Of a stretch of 64,000 bases of DNA, positions 25,601 through 39,867 are shown in pieces; positions within the stretch are counted from its first letter, which is position 1; each line of letters opens with the position of its first letter. The position numbers were made by a program, and so were the translations under genes. The DNA lies in contig NC_068981.1 of assembly GCF_001194135.2 (NCBI RefSeq), positions 22,410,472-22,474,471 on the forward strand, read 5' to 3'. The notes beneath the pieces were generated by a model. That model was not told the DNA's origin. It did not search any database and saw only the letters and a list, made by a program, of their open reading frames with translations. The stretch comes from Octopus bimaculoides (Eukaryota).

Positions 25601-27129
25601 CCATTAGCTAAATACATTAACAAATCATCTCTTAATGTTTTTCACATTACGAACGCGTTTAAATACCCAATTACAGAATCGTAGTTGTTGTATTAATATT
25701 ATCTTTTGGCGGAGTTTCGGATTCCATACCTCACGGGAAAGAAAAAAAGGTTACGGAAAGGGAGGAGTGCAAAACTGTGAAACGATTGAATTTTTGAAAA
25801 ATACCTATTTTTTCGTTTTTACGAGATTGCAAGATTCTTGGTGTGAACTCATGTATTAAAAAAGATTTTATTGTATGTAGGGAGGGTCATTATGCCAATT
25901 ATAAACACAGCACTGGTTCTAGTTAACTTCTTTCGTATTTATTTTAGTATTTATTTAACTAAATAACCAACTAATCGACTGTTTGATCAACCAAACGATT
26001 AATCAGGCAATCGATTAGTTAACTGGTTAACTAATTCAGTAATAATATAACAAAAGAAGTAAAACATAGCCAGTGCATGTGTTTATTATTGATTTAATGG
26101 CCTTCCTAATATCCAACAAAATTTTTTTCTGTTTTTAGAATCATAATTTCCGTTGTATGAAACACAGGAATACTATAAAAAGAAAAAATAAGGAAAATAC
26201 AAAACAAAACTGAACGCTAATTTTTCTTTAGATGATGTATGGGGCGCCTAATCTGAATCTCAGTCATCATTATTTAGTGACAACTGTGATGAAAAACTGT
26301 CTTATATCAACGGTTCCTACATTAATTTTGGCGCGCAACTCATGATTTTTCTCCAAATCACGAAATCCAGAGCTATATTTTACAAACAACACTCCATCAG
26401 CCTAAAGCATTGGATAAACAAGCAAAAAAAAAAAAGNNNNNNNNNNNNNNNNNNNNNNNNNNNNNNNNNNNNNNNNNNNNNNNNNNNNNNNNNNNNNNNN
26501 NNNNNNNNNNNNNNNNNNNNNNNNNNNNNNNNNNNNNNNNNNNNNNNNNNNNNNNNNNNNNNNNNNNNNNNNNNNNNNNNNNNNNNNNNNNNNNNNNNNN
26601 NNNNNNNNNNNNNNNNNNNNNNNNNNNNNNNNNNNNNNNNNNNNNNNNNNNNNNNNNNNNNNNNNNNNNNNNNNNNNNNNNNNNNNNNNNNNNNNNNNNN
26701 NNNNNNNNNNNNNNNNNNNNNNNNNNNNNNNNNNNNNNNNNNNNNNNNNNNNNNNNNNNNNNNNNNNNNNNNNNNNNNNNNNNNNNNNNNNNNNNNNNNN
26801 NNNNNNNNNNNNNNNNNNNNNNNNNNNNNNNNNNNNNNNNNNNNNNNNNNNNNNNNNNNNNNNNNNNNNNNNNNNNNNNNNNNNNNNNNNNNNNNNNNNN
26901 NNNNNNNNNNNNNNNNNNNNNNNNNNNNNNNNNNNNNNNNNNNNNNNNNNNNNNNNNNNNNNNNNNNNNNNNNNNNNNNNNNNNNNNNNNNNNNNTATAT
27001 ACATATATGTATGTATATACATATATTTCTTATCGGTTTCAGCTCAGAGCTGTGACCATGCTGAAGCACCACCGTTTTCCTATACTGTTATTATTGAGAA
27101 CCTCCTCTGATATGTGGCATTTGGTGAAT

Positions 27130-28600
27130 AAGGAAGTTTGATGCCGCGCGGTAGATTCATCTGGGACTCTCGACAAGAAGAGGTCCAGTTTTGATTTGAA
27201 TACACCTACATTCACTTTCTGTATGTCCCTCAGGCTCTTTGGGAGAATATTAAACAGCTGTGGACCCTGAAACCCAGGCTGTTGCAGTAACTGGTCCTGA
27301 AGCGCGACAACATTGCCAGTGGGCGATATGTATTGCATATGACTATATTCTGTTGTCTTATGTATACTAGAGTATCACATACTGAATTTAAGTATGACAC
27401 TAGGACCTGGGGTGTGAGATCCTCACAGATGTATACAGTAACTCCACCATGGCTCCTTTCTCTTCTGTCTTTTCGCAGTATGGTATATTTTGGTGCGTGT
27501 ATTTCTGCATATCAGGCCTCACATGAGTTTCCACGAGTGCTATGCATAGGGCTTGATTGCATGCAGCAAGATCTCTTAGGAAAAATATTTTGCTTTTATT
27601 GTTGAGATGCAACAGGCCTCCAATATTTAGTTAAAATATTGGCGTGACGACTGTGCAGGCGTTAGGGGAGGCCATCCTGTGTCTGTTTATTGTGGTGGTC
27701 TTGCGTAGTGGTGGGCAAGGTTCTGTGTTTGCGCTTGATGCAACTAGGTCAACTGCTGCACAATCTTTTGCACCATGCACAAAAATGGCTCTTGCTCAGC
27801 TGCTGCCTTGCACATAACATCTGAAGAGCGCACTGCATTTGCTTACTTTCTCTTTGGAGACGATTGGTGCCTTTCCTCGGGGAAGTATTTCTCCTTAAGG
27901 CCCCTGCAATTTTGGCGGGGTCTCGGGTGAAGAAACCGACACTTTGTACCGTCTTCCCCATGCCAACATTTGCCTGTCTTCACTCCAAATTTCCTCTCTC
28001 ATCTAGGGTTTCGGATTCCATTGCAGCCTCCATGTTTGAGTTGTTTTTTTTTTTGTTTTTTTTGCCTGGTGGTTTTAGTTTTAGTTGTTTCATCTTTTCC
28101 TTTTCCTTTCTCTCCCCTTCCTTCTTTATGTTTGTGCTTGTGGTCTTCCCTTCCTTTACTGGTAGTAACCTTTGCATTCTTCTGGTTTTCTATAGGGGTG
28201 AGGACTCCGTTCTTTTGTGGAACCACTGGCATAGAGGGACTTCTGGTTGTTGTTTTTTCATCTTCCCAATCTTTATCAGCCTGGTTGTTCACAGAGGTGG
28301 GGGACCCATTCTTTTGCTGGGACCACTGGATCAGAGGGACTTCTGGTTCTGGTTTCATCCTCCCTATCAGTCTTGCCACTACTATTTTCCATGATGACAT
28401 CAAGAGTGTCAGTGTGTGGTCTAATAAAGGCACAGGATCGGATGAGTTCGTTTTCCTTCCGTTCTGTCTGCTCAGGGGTTCTACAGAAACCATTGTTCTT
28501 TAGTGAAGCAGTAATTATGTTGTTTGGAGGATCACCGCTAGCAATCATGAACGCTTGCAACAGAAGTTTCAGTTCCTTGCGATCCCACTTTGGTGCTGGG
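27130..28600 (-). mobile_element. CR1/L2-group LINE with ORF1 remnants, the start of the APE endonuclease and the ORF2 C-terminus; RT core deleted
   Basis: EN motifs CIALVETH, ILRKDR...SHGGV.VYI, VICNTYRP fused near 27320 to SYCNSLGF-GPQLFNILPKSLRD...FKSKLDLFLSRVPDE; frameshifted ORF1-like Cys/His-rich sequence at 27700-28560. Confidence 0.75.
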
Positions 28601-29165
28601 TGGGGGTAAGAGGACAGAGAGGAAGTAAGAGAGACAAAGGGAGGTAAGAGGAAAGGAAAGAGAAAAGGAGGTATGGAGCAATAGGGAGAGGGAAAGAGGG
28701 AGGTTGATATGAAAGAAAGAGAAAGGAGATATGGAGCGATAGGGAGACAGAGGGAGGGAGACGAGGAGGAAGAGAAAGAGAGAGACAGTGAGGGAGAGAG
28801 AGAGGAGAGAATGAAGAATATACGAGGGAAAGGGAGAGACAGTGAGGAGGGGTAGGGAAAACGAAAAATGTATGAGGGGAGAAGCGGGAAATGGAGAAAG
28901 ATATGACAGGGAGGGAGAGAGGCGGGAAATGGAGAAAGATATGACAGGGAGGGAGAGAGGGGAAAACAGAGGAAAGTATGAAAGAGAGAGGGGAAAAGCA
29001 GGTAAAGAAGATATGAAGGAAATAGAAAGACAGGTTATGGAACGAGAAAGGCCGTTGTGGGTGAGAAGTTAGACAGAATACGATAGCGAGAAGAAAGAGA
29101 GAGGGAAAGATAAAGATATGAAAGAGTGAGAGAAGGAGGAAGATATGAAGGAGAGAAGGGAAGAG
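28600..29165. repeat. GA-rich purine low-complexity tract
   Basis: Direct reading. Confidence 0.9.
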
Positions 29166-29530
29166 NNNNNNNNNNAAAAAAAAAAAAAAAAAAAGAGGTT
29201 TCGTGACAAATTTGCTGCCTTTAAATTTTGTCAAACAGAAGATTGGAAACAAACTATACCTCTTAAACTCAAATTTTCAGTAAACAAAATAAACAAGAGG
29301 AAACAAAATAAACAGCTGAAAAGGATACTTATTCCCGAGAGGTAAAAAAATTCCAATCGTTGTTCTTGTACGAATCAGTTTTGTTTCAAAAAGAAAATCG
29401 TCTTCTTTTTACACACGGCAGTGCAATTTTTTCACCACTTGGTTTCTACTACGATAGATCTGGCTTGCATCGCTGACTTTAATATAATATATTACATGGA
29501 AAAATGCAAGCATGAAAAGTAATATTCTTA

Positions 29531-29956
29531 AGATTATAAACCTGGATAAGTACAGGACAAGTTGTTAAACTTGCAAAAGTATAGGACAAGCTATTACTTC
29601 TAGTAAAGTAAAGAATAAGAAACTTTTTACTTAAAATATTGCAGCAAAGAATGTTCTAATTTATCACTCTTTACAGTTCTCATCTTTTAAATTTATTGTA
29701 CAAAACTGTTCGGCTAATTTGTAAGTTTGTCTAAGTAGTCACTGTATTTAAGGTAGTAAATTAGCCAAATTCTACTTAAATAAGTATAGTGTTATTTGTA
29801 AACTATAATAAAATATTTTTTATAGTCAAATTTTAATTTTAGCTGCAATATTTTAAGTAAAAAGTTTCTTATTCATAACTTTACTTGAAGTAATAGTTTG
29901 TCATATACTTTTACAGGTGTAATGCCTTGTCCGGTACTTTTCCTGGTTTATAATCT
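29531..29956. mobile_element. MITE with about 115-bp imperfect TIRs
   Basis: 29531-29645 is the reverse complement of 29842-29956 (AGATTATAAACC ... TAAAATATTGCAGC). Confidence 0.85.
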
Positions 29957-30128
29957 GCTGCGATTGACGAAATGGTGGACTTAATATATTCTACCACTAC
30001 CGTGGTGACCCTCAACCCCTAACTCTCTTGGTTTATATATATATATATATATATCTGCGTGTGTAATATATTTCTCATCTTTTACTTGTTTCAGTCATTA
30101 GACTGTAACCATGCTGGGGCACCGACTT

Positions 30129-30173
<45 letters not shown>

Positions 30174-31221
30174 AACTTTTGATAATAAGGAACAGTGAAA
30201 CGTTTTGTATTATAGTTCAATGTGTGCATGTATATATNNNNNNNNNNTTTGATAAAATCGAAGTTTTTTCCTAAATTGATGTTGGATGATGACCCCCTGA
30301 AGAGAATATGATACAGAAAATTTCTTTAAAAAAATCCAAATTTGAAAGTAAACTCAAATCGAAATTTAAATTATAAATTTCGACATGGAATCGATAGAAA
30401 TTTATATTCAAAACGAAATTTAACTTTACTCATCTCTTAATAGCGTAGTGTGACGCCATCTTAGTTTTCTCATTTTAACATTTCGAACAATGGAAAAAAG
30501 AAAGAAAAACTGAAAAGAAAAGTAAGGAACCTGAAAGTTTGTCTTTTTATTGATATTTAGTGTTATTAGTATTTTCACACTTCTCTTCCACACTTCCGAT
30601 AAGTGTTTTCAAGAACGACAGCTGCTAAAATACTGCGCCTTTTAGGAAGCAAACGCTGGCAGTTGCTAATAATGTGAATTCCACCTTCAACAAACTATAT
30701 ATTTCACAGAACTGACATATTTAGTAACAATCGTGAAATATCAAGTGGCAACTACATACAAAGATATTTAAATAGATATTAAAATCACCAGCCAACCTGA
30801 CGTTATTCTCCCGCTGCCTCTTTGTCGATGCTGCTATTGTCTTTATCCCCTGAATTTGCCAACTGTATCACCTTTATTCAAACTCCTTCGTTTCACTCAT
30901 ATTTCCCTCTCCTGTCATTCCTGTTGTATCACAGTCATAGAATACGTACTAAATACTTGGCTCATTCTTCAATCTCTAATGCTATATACTTCTTTGGAAA
31001 TCTCTTTTCCATGCTTGATACTTTAGATGCAAAACAACAGAAAGAAAAATAGCTGTGCTTATTTTTCCTAGCTGTTCTTACCTCTAGTCCTAGAGAACAT
31101 TGAAAGTCTATAGGCGTTATCCAACTTACTTTACACAATGATGATTTTAAAAAAATCACTTTCCGCCTCTGCTCTGGTAGTCACTCTTACAAGAGACCAC
31201 CAAAGAAAAACAACTAATTAC

Positions 31222-31254
<33 letters not shown>

Positions 31255-31257
<3 letters not shown>

Positions 31258-31618
31258 TTCTTCTACTTGTTTCAGTCATTTGACTGCAGCCTTGTTGGAA
31301 CACCGCCTTTAGTCGAACAAATCGACCCCAGAATTTATTCTTTGTAAGCCTAGTATTTATTTTCTCTGCCCCTTTTGTCGAACGGCTAAGTTACGAGGAC
31401 ATAAACACACAGGGGACAAACACAGATACAGACACACAGACACACACACACATATATATATGACGGGCTTCTTCCAGTTTCCGTCAACCACTCACAGGGC
31501 TTTGGTCAGGCCGAGGCTATAGTAGAAGACACTTGCCCAAAGTATCATGCAGTGGGACTGAACTCAGAGGCATGTGATTGGGAAGCAAGCTTCTTACCAC
31601 ACAGCCACTCCTGCGCCC
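31255..31618 (-). mobile_element. SINE family B
   Basis: Same consensus as 1545-1947. Confidence 0.88.
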
Positions 31619-34134
31619 CCTCTTTTTCTCTCTCTCTCTCTCTCTNNNNNNNNNNNNNNNNNNNNNNNNNNNNNNNNNNNNNNNNNNNNNNNNNNNNNNN
31701 NNNNNNNNNNNNNNNNNNNNNNNNNNNNNNNNNNNNNNNNNNNNNNNNNNNNNNNNNNNNNNNNNNNNNNNNNNNNNNNNNNNNNNNNNNNNNNNNNNNN
31801 NNNNNNNNNNNNNNNNNNNNNNNNNNNNNNNNNNNNNNNNNNNNNNNNNNNNNNNNNNNNNNNNNNNNNNNNNNNNNNNNNNNNNNNNNNNNNNNNNNNN
31901 NNNNNNNNNNNNNNNNNNNNNNNNNNNNNNNNNNNNNNNNNNNNNNNNNNNNNNNNNNNNNNNNNNNNNNNNNNNNNNNNNNNNNNNNNNNNNNNNNNNN
32001 NNNNNNNNNNNNNNNNNNNNNNNNNNNNNNNNNNNNNNNNNNNNNNNNNNNNNNNNNNNNNNNNNNNNNNNNNNNNNNNNNNNNNNNNNNNNNNNNNNNN
32101 NNNNNNNNNNNNNNNNNNNNNNNNNNNNNNNNNNNNNNNNNNNNNNNNNNNNNNNNNNNNNNNNNNNNNNNNNNNNNNNNNNNNNNNNNNNNNNNNNNNN
32201 NNNNNNNNNNNNNNNCTTAATAAATATCCACCTTTCTTCTGCTCTCAGTTGAAAAAGTAGAAAAGCCTGAAACCGGTATTAACCGTTACAAAATGCATTT
32301 CATTTTATACCTTATCTTATTTTCCTTATGCATATCAACTCGTGTGTTACTATTCAACCTTCTACACACTCACTCACTCACACACACACGCACGCACACA
32401 CACACACACACAGACACACACACACACACATTATATCCTCGTATTAGCTACTTTATCAATCAGTTTCACAGTTTCATACATGAGTTGAAAATAACTTCTG
32501 TAACCATCAGAGGAGGCTGAAAGGAATAGCACGGCGTTGGTTTTCTGATCATTGCCGAGTAATCTCAACTCCTGTATGAAACCGAATGAGAACGTGACTG
32601 ATATGAGAATATTATACTGTATTTCATTATTGATATGTTTACAAATCAGAATAAAAGTATTCAATATATGATATACAACAATTCCAGCCGGTAGACAACG
32701 ATAAAATGTAACACAAAAGCTGACTAAACTATTTCTCTTTACACCAATGCATTTCGCATTTTGTATACCAAATTAATGGCGACGTTTCAATCAACTAAAA
32801 ATCATTGAAGGCGATACTCCAGCATGGCCATAATCAATGAGTGAAACTGCTAAATAATCCCAACCATACGTTTAGTTTGTTTCATTGCTTTTTTTTTTAC
32901 CTTTCCCTAGATCCCCACCATCAACCAGTCTCTCTTCCTCTCGTCACCCTCAAGTCCATCTAGCCATTGAGTCTACATCTTTCTCTTTTTCGTTCTCTCT
33001 ACTTCCCTACCACCCACCCACCCATCTATCCATCCATCCATCCAGCCAGCCAGCCTGTCTGTCTGCGTTACTACGTCTGTTTGTCGTTCACTCTCTTCCT
33101 CTCATACCAAATTAACTCTTCCTATTACATCAGTAATAGCATATCTATAGAATCTTCAGATTATTTTCACCAGAAGATATTATCTAATGAGCTGTTGTTT
33201 AATCACAATAAAAACGCGGTGAGGGAGATCCTTAAAAGTTGTGTGTGTGTGTGTCTGTTTCCTCCCCATACACACACTCGCACACACAAAAACACTCACG
33301 CACGCACACACACACGGTTTTATGTTTCAAATTTATCTATAGAGAAAGGGCCGGTTTCTAGCCTAGAAACAAAACTCTACATTGGAATATAGACAACATC
33401 AAACAGAATAACCATGTATGTATGTATGTATGTATGTATGTATGTGTATACTACGTATTATGCTAGGAGAGAAAATATTCATAAAAGTATTGGTGCGGTT
33501 AGTGAGGCTTGTCATTGAAAACCTATTTTCTATGATGAAACCCACACGACTAAAGCCAATGACTGTCATATTTTCCTCGTATCTCATCTTACCGTCTTGA
33601 AAAAAAAGGAAGGATACATTAAATATAAATCAAATACTATAGTCCTAGATACACTATCCATGGTACAGGAGAGTATACCAAGGGTGTTGTCAGGATTTCC
33701 ACCGAGTAGAGGGATTATTTATCAAAATGGAACCGCTATTGGCCGTCTAATTTGAAAAACACATACAATTAAAGTATTTATTAGATAATAGGGATTTACA
33801 TGGAGATGTGGTAGGTGTTCACAATATATATATATATATATATATATATTTATTTATGTGTTTCAGCCAAGTGGCTGCGGTCATGCTGGTGCACCACCGT
33901 TATATATATAATAATAAATTGCAGAAATTCAGTTGAACATCAAGCATCCCAATATCAGCAGTCACAAGCAAAGGTCATAAGTATTGCTTCTTTGCTGAAA
34001 CATTAAAAACTACCGTATTTGAATTGAATAAAAGAAACACAGGCATATTTGACGCACTACAATTTCAGCAGCGCATATTCACGAAAAAAAAAAAAAAAAA
34101 AAAATTTTAGTGCATATATGTAATATTGGTTTCA

Positions 34135-34335
34135 AAGTTTGGCATAAGGTCAGTAATGTCCGGGTAGGGGCGTACACCGATGAAATCGACCCCAGTGCAC
34201 AACTGGAATATATTTTATTGATCCCGAAAGGACAAATTTGCCTCGGCGGAATTTGAATTTAGAGCGAAAAGGAGGACGAAATGTCGTTGAACAGTTGGCC
34301 CGGCATGCTTAACGATTGTGTCAGCTCGCCGCCTA
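34135..34335 (-). mobile_element. degenerate SINE A
   Basis: Family motifs ending CAGCTCGCCGCC. Confidence 0.75.
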
Positions 34336-34415
34336 ATTAAAATATGTAATATTTAAAGCAGCCTAGCAATACATTACATAACATTACAAAAGAACCGTAA
34401 CTATAGTTTTATTGT

Positions 34416-34776
34416 GGAGGCACAATGGCCCAGTGGTTACGGCAGCGATTGTAGGATCGCGGTTTCGATTCCCAGACCGGGCGTTGTGAGTGTTTATTGA
34501 GCGAAAATACCTAAAGTTCCACGAGGCTTCGGCAGGGGATGGTGGCGAACCCTGTTGTACTCTTTCAATCTTACTTCCTGTTTCTGTTGTGCTTGTAATT
34601 CAAAGGGTCAGCCTTGTCACACTGTGTCACGCTGAATATCCCCGAGAACTACGTTAAGGGTGCACGTGTCTGTGGAGTGCTCAGCCACTTGCACGTTAAT
34701 TTCACGAGCAGGCTGTTCCGTTGATCGGATCAACTGGAACCCTGACGTCGTAAGCGATGGGGTGCCAACAACAACA
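34416..34776 (+). mobile_element. SINE family C
   Basis: TSD ATAGTTTTATT at 34403-34413 and 34777-34787. Confidence 0.9.
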
Positions 34777-35185
34777 ATAGTTTTATTATGGGGTCAGATT
34801 AGGTAGAAAAGTCTGTTTGGACTAAAATTAGCCTTCTGTAGTGAGTGTCAGGGATAAAATTAACGTACAGGAGATCCAACTTCGCATATGAAGTCTGGGA
34901 TAAGTTTCTGAGACATTTAAAAATAATAAAATGTCTTATATGCCTTCAAATAGGGTAAATGTAAAAATAAGGATTACATAACATTACCATGCCCCACCAC
35001 ACACACATACGTATAAAAGAAACATTCTTCACACTGTGAAATGTCTTTGAATCATAGAACCAAGATACGTCTTTAATGAGCAAAGTCCGTTTCACTTCAC
35101 TTATGTTACTAATGACTTTGACAAAAGCATAACTCACCATTTCTCATTTCCTGAGCGTTATTAAAATGGAGGACTTTACCTTTCG

Positions 35186-35224
<39 letters not shown>

Positions 35225-35457
35225 ACATTAATTGCGACAAAAGCGGTGTTAATAGCAAACGGTCATCTTTATATACAATTTAACATGAATGTTATGTTTA
35301 TTGCGTTGTTTACCTTGAGAGGAATTCTCATATGAACGCATGATGCATAAAAGCACTCATATTTATATCGTTGGCAGATGAGAATCGTCTGCTACGGGTA
35401 CCGAAACAGCCAGTTCACGTGATTTCGCCCTGCTCGGACTCTTCAATGGCAGACGTC

Positions 35458-35489
<32 letters not shown>

Positions 35490-35493
<4 letters not shown>

Positions 35494-35692
35494 GTTGTGG
35501 TTTCGATTCCTGAACCAGGCGATGCGTTGTGTTCTTGAGCAAAATACTTCATTTCACGTTGCTCCAGTCCACTCAGCTGGCAAAAATGAGTAATGCTGCG
35601 ATGGACTGGCGTCCCGTCCAGCTGTGGAACACATACGCCATTCAAATCGGGAAACCGGGCCCATGAGCCTGGCTAGGCTTAAAAAGGGCGCA
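35490..35692 (+). mobile_element. 5'-truncated SINE family D (V/Meta-domain-like)
   Basis: GGTTTCGATTCC B box, GCGTTGTGTTCTTGAGCAAAATACTT and GCGATGGACTGGCGTCCCGTCCAG motifs. Confidence 0.6.
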
Positions 35693-35697
35693 TTTAT

Positions 35698-35784
<87 letters not shown>

Positions 35785-36480
35785 ATGGTCGATTGCCATG
35801 CACTGGGATCAATTTTGTGGATTTATAACAATTCTTTGCAAATTTACCAATCTTTGGTAATTGTTATTACAGATAAATGATTATGCTTACATCGTATTCG
35901 ATGGCCTAAAGGATGCACAGCCATCTAGCTATACTTTAAATGTTGCTGCCCTATTTCAGAATGACTAACGAGAATATCGGGTTGCAGTGCATGAACATAT
36001 AATGGAGTAATAACTTACAAAAGCAACTTGCAAAAAATACTCAGCTACTCCTGCTGCATGGAAAACAAACAGTTGTGTGGACACTGACACAGTTAATGTA
36101 GTGGTCCAAAACATTCTAATTAATGAAATAATTGTCCTAGATATCATCACGCTACCAAAGATGAAACTCACTTATTGCGTTTCATTTTCGAGTAATTTAA
36201 ACTTCAGGGTTGTCTCCCCTACTGCTCTTCACCATTAGATGATTTACTTATTACTACAAGTAACTAGAATTGCTTGGCTTCTTAAGTTAGCTCCTGCTTA
36301 ACTGTTTGATTTTCATATAGCAAGCGTCTCTACCAGTTATTGTGTTTACTGAAAGCAATTCGTTTATCACGTCTCTTACTATCAGGAACGACATGAATAC
36401 ATATAATTTGGTTTTACTCTGCTGGGAATAGACTATGAACTGTCCTCTTCCCACGCGTTCCCACGCATGCGCGCTCGCGT

Positions 36481-36518
<38 letters not shown>

Positions 36519-36631
36519 ACACAGAGATTTGTATATAGATCCAAACCTGCAGGAGAGACTTTTCTTAGCGGGATACGAAAAAGGTTTATCGTTTAGATGT
36601 TAAATCTCTATTTATCACGTATACGTGTGTC

Positions 36632-36673
<42 letters not shown>

Positions 36674-37309
36674 CACGAAAAAAAAACATAGAATGACATG
36701 CGTGCCTGACAACAGTTACACATATACATCTGTAAGAACACATATTTATGTACATATATGCTTACACACGTGTTTAATGGGATACCTTGTCGAGACCCGA
36801 TTTACTATCCTTTCGATTCACTGATAGTGGATCTTGGCTAGTTTCCCCATTGTTCTTGCTACCAACCTTATTAACTTCCATCCACTTTCTTCTCCATCTT
36901 TTCTAGAGACAGAAAACTTGCTTTAGAAACTTCTGTTTAATCTTTCCGACTTCTGTCCTCTTAAATCATCTGCTTTATTCTCCAATATAAGCAGATACAG
37001 TTCATTTCATCAGATGGTGCCCTTTTTTGCGATTGACGCACCATCGGGAAAAATCATGTTTGATCTTGACCATTTGGGCCAAGAGGCTTACTGCTACTAC
37101 CATCATCAAAACGATAACAGGATGGACAAGGCCTTCCTCGTCACTACCATCGCCTCTTCATCATGAGGAGACAAGATTCTCTTCATCACCATCTTCGTCA
37201 CATACGACCCCAGCAATATCTGTGACAACTACTGCTGTGCCTTGCTTAACCTGTCTGTTACAACACACGCATTCTTTCATACACCAATTAACAAATATTT
37301 TCACAACGA

Positions 37310-39032
37310 ATGTATTTGTACGACAGCATCGACTCGATCGTTCGGGTGAACGGCTTTCTCTCAAAGCCGTTCTGTATCAAGCGTTCGGTTCGCCAGGGGT
37401 GTCCACTCTCACCGATTTTGTACGTGATGGCCCTCGAGTCGTTGCTGCAAAAACTGAGTGGCATCCCGACGTATCCAAGTGATGGGGGATCGGTTTCGGC
37501 TTACACGGACGACATCACTATCATTGTGACCAAGATGGAACTCCTACAGAAAGTAGGCGAGACCATCAAGGCTTACGAGACGGTGGCAGGAGCAAAGATT
37601 AACCGGGAAAAATCAGTCGGATTGCAACTCGGCACCTGGAGAGGCAAGTCGATGCCTTTGAATAGCGTCGCGGGACGCTGGACGGAGGGCCCGGTTAAGC
37701 TGCTAGGAATCTGGTTTGGTCCAGATCTCCAGATAGAAAAGAACTGGTCTGAGGTAGCGAGCAAGGTGAGCCTCATAGTCAAGACCTGGTCTTGGTGGTG
37801 GCCAATGTGTTTATCGCATTGGTCATCGTTTACCGCCTAACCGTCGCTCCTTGTCCTGATTCGTGGTTGAGCAAGTTGGAGAGGTAGATCTGCTTTTTGT
37901 GGAAGAGCTTCGCTCCACTTGTAAGACGTTCTATCTGCTGTCAAAAACCGTTAAACGGTGGGTTAGGGATGCCTTGGTTGTTGATGCGCAAACATGCGTT
38001 GAGGTTGAGGCACCTCTGGCTTTACCTGGATGGTGAACGGCTGTGGTCTCCGCTTGCTAAACGGATGTTCCCCAGATTCACTAGTTTTGGTGGAAGAGAA
38101 AACTGGTTTCGTCGAAGATCGAGGTTGGGTACATGCTATACGGAGTGCCGCAAGGCTCTTCTCCAGTTCCACAGCTTGGGCAATGCCAGCGGTTTCGGTA
38201 CCACTGCGGTTTTCTATAGTATGTTGGTAGAGGCTGGAAACCATGATGCCCTGGGGAGGACCCTGGGTCTTGATAATAATCTGTTGAACAGTCTGTTCCG
38301 AAGAACATTCTGGATAATTTCCAAAAGTCTCTGGCCTGGTTGCGTTACTGAGGATCCCTACCAGTTCGGAATCAGCTCACTAGACACGGTCATCCTGGCC
38401 CATCGGCCTGTCCAAGATGCGAACGGGACGAGGAAACCGTCCTGCACGTTATTGTTCAGTGTGCGGGTGTGTCAGAAGTGTGGGCTTATGCAGAATACCT
38501 GTTGTCAGATATGAGGAGAGTACAGCTATCGTCTGAGTCGATTTTAAAAACTGACCCACCGGATTTCCGTACGGAAGAAGGTAAGAATTGTTTTCTCGTG
38601 GTAGTAGCAATCGCGAAAGAGGTGATTTGGAAGTCGCGAGTGAAAGGAGTAATGACAGGTAGCTTCGTCTCCGGCCTCACGTTGGTGAATGTCTTCACCT
38701 TTCACCTGAAAAGGAAAGTGGGGCTAGAGATGAGATGCCTGTCAGCGTGAATGTACAAAGATAAATGGATACGTGAAGCACGAATAGTGGGCATGAAAGA
38801 CTACGTGAACACGCTATGAAGGTGACCAGATGGTGTCGGTAGAGAAGCAGGACTCATGGGGTCGGAGCCTGTTTTAATACCTCATTTCTCTTTTATTGTT
38901 TTGTAATTGTCTTTTGTTTATCATTCGATTTTCATACTTGCACATTTAATTTTATAACCATCCGTATGTGTCTGACCCCAATCAGGTTGTATTGTCCCCT
39001 CTGTATGTCCCCTTGCGGGAAATAAAGAAATC
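37310..39032 (+). mobile_element. 5'-truncated Tx1/L1-clade LINE: RT, CCHC finger and 3'UTR (frameshifted)
   Basis: SVRQGCPLSPILYVMALE, SAYTDDITI, YETVAGAKINREKS, VKLLGIWFG, CPRCERDEETVLHVIVQC near 38405-38465; ends AATAAAGAAATC. Confidence 0.9.
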
Positions 39033-39867
39033 AGCTTTTATGAGTTCGAAAATGCAAGAACTGGCAAATTATCGAAAACTTTAGGTAGAATTTTTTAATA
39101 TCATCTTTTTATTCTTTGAAATTTTTTTATTAAATATAATTCTTTTTTTGTTTCATTTTACTTATTAATTAATTTTATTTCTTGAAGCAGATGGACGGTT
39201 TCTTTTAAAATCTAATTTACTATTTTTTTTCTAATTAGAATAAAACAGACATAATCTTATTTGCAGCTCGTAGTTACAATTGTAATAGGGAGAAGAAATT
39301 CTACAAAGGACAGTAAGAATATTTAACAACGAACCTCAAAAATTTGTTCCTTGTCTTTGAAGAGCGACGTTTATATGAAAATATATTTATGAGGTCTTAA
39401 GAGTCGTTCATGTCAACAAAACCAACTTTCCTTAAACTAATATTTGTATTTTCTTCCATCTGTTGGTCACACTATGTCTGCACTCTCCAGTTATTGCAGT
39501 GAGACATGTCGTGTTGTCTCTGCTCCCTCTACATTTCCCCCGCCATTTCTCCATCTGTCCCTTTCATCTTTTTGTTTGGGTTTCGGTTTTTGAACACACA
39601 TTAAACCACTACTTTCTTTCTCTTCCTTTTTCTTCACTTTCCGTTTGTTCCCCTCCAGTTACACTTATGTAACTAATTCCCTTAACTGAAAGTCAGATCC
39701 TTCTTTATAAATTTCACTGTGTTTTAACCATAAATTACTGGGACGTTCCAAGTAATCAGAAATTATCTTGTTCGCTCAAAAGTTTATTTCGGACGTTTGT
39801 TTGTAAGCATCGTAAACTGTTTTTTGTTCCCCTCCAAATAAAATAATCATATAATAATTATTACAAT

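Noticed and set aside
37020-37300. Acidic coding-like stretch upstream of the Tx1 RT
   Set aside because: Interrupted by stops in the plausible minus frame and not assignable; not treated as part of the Tx1 element.
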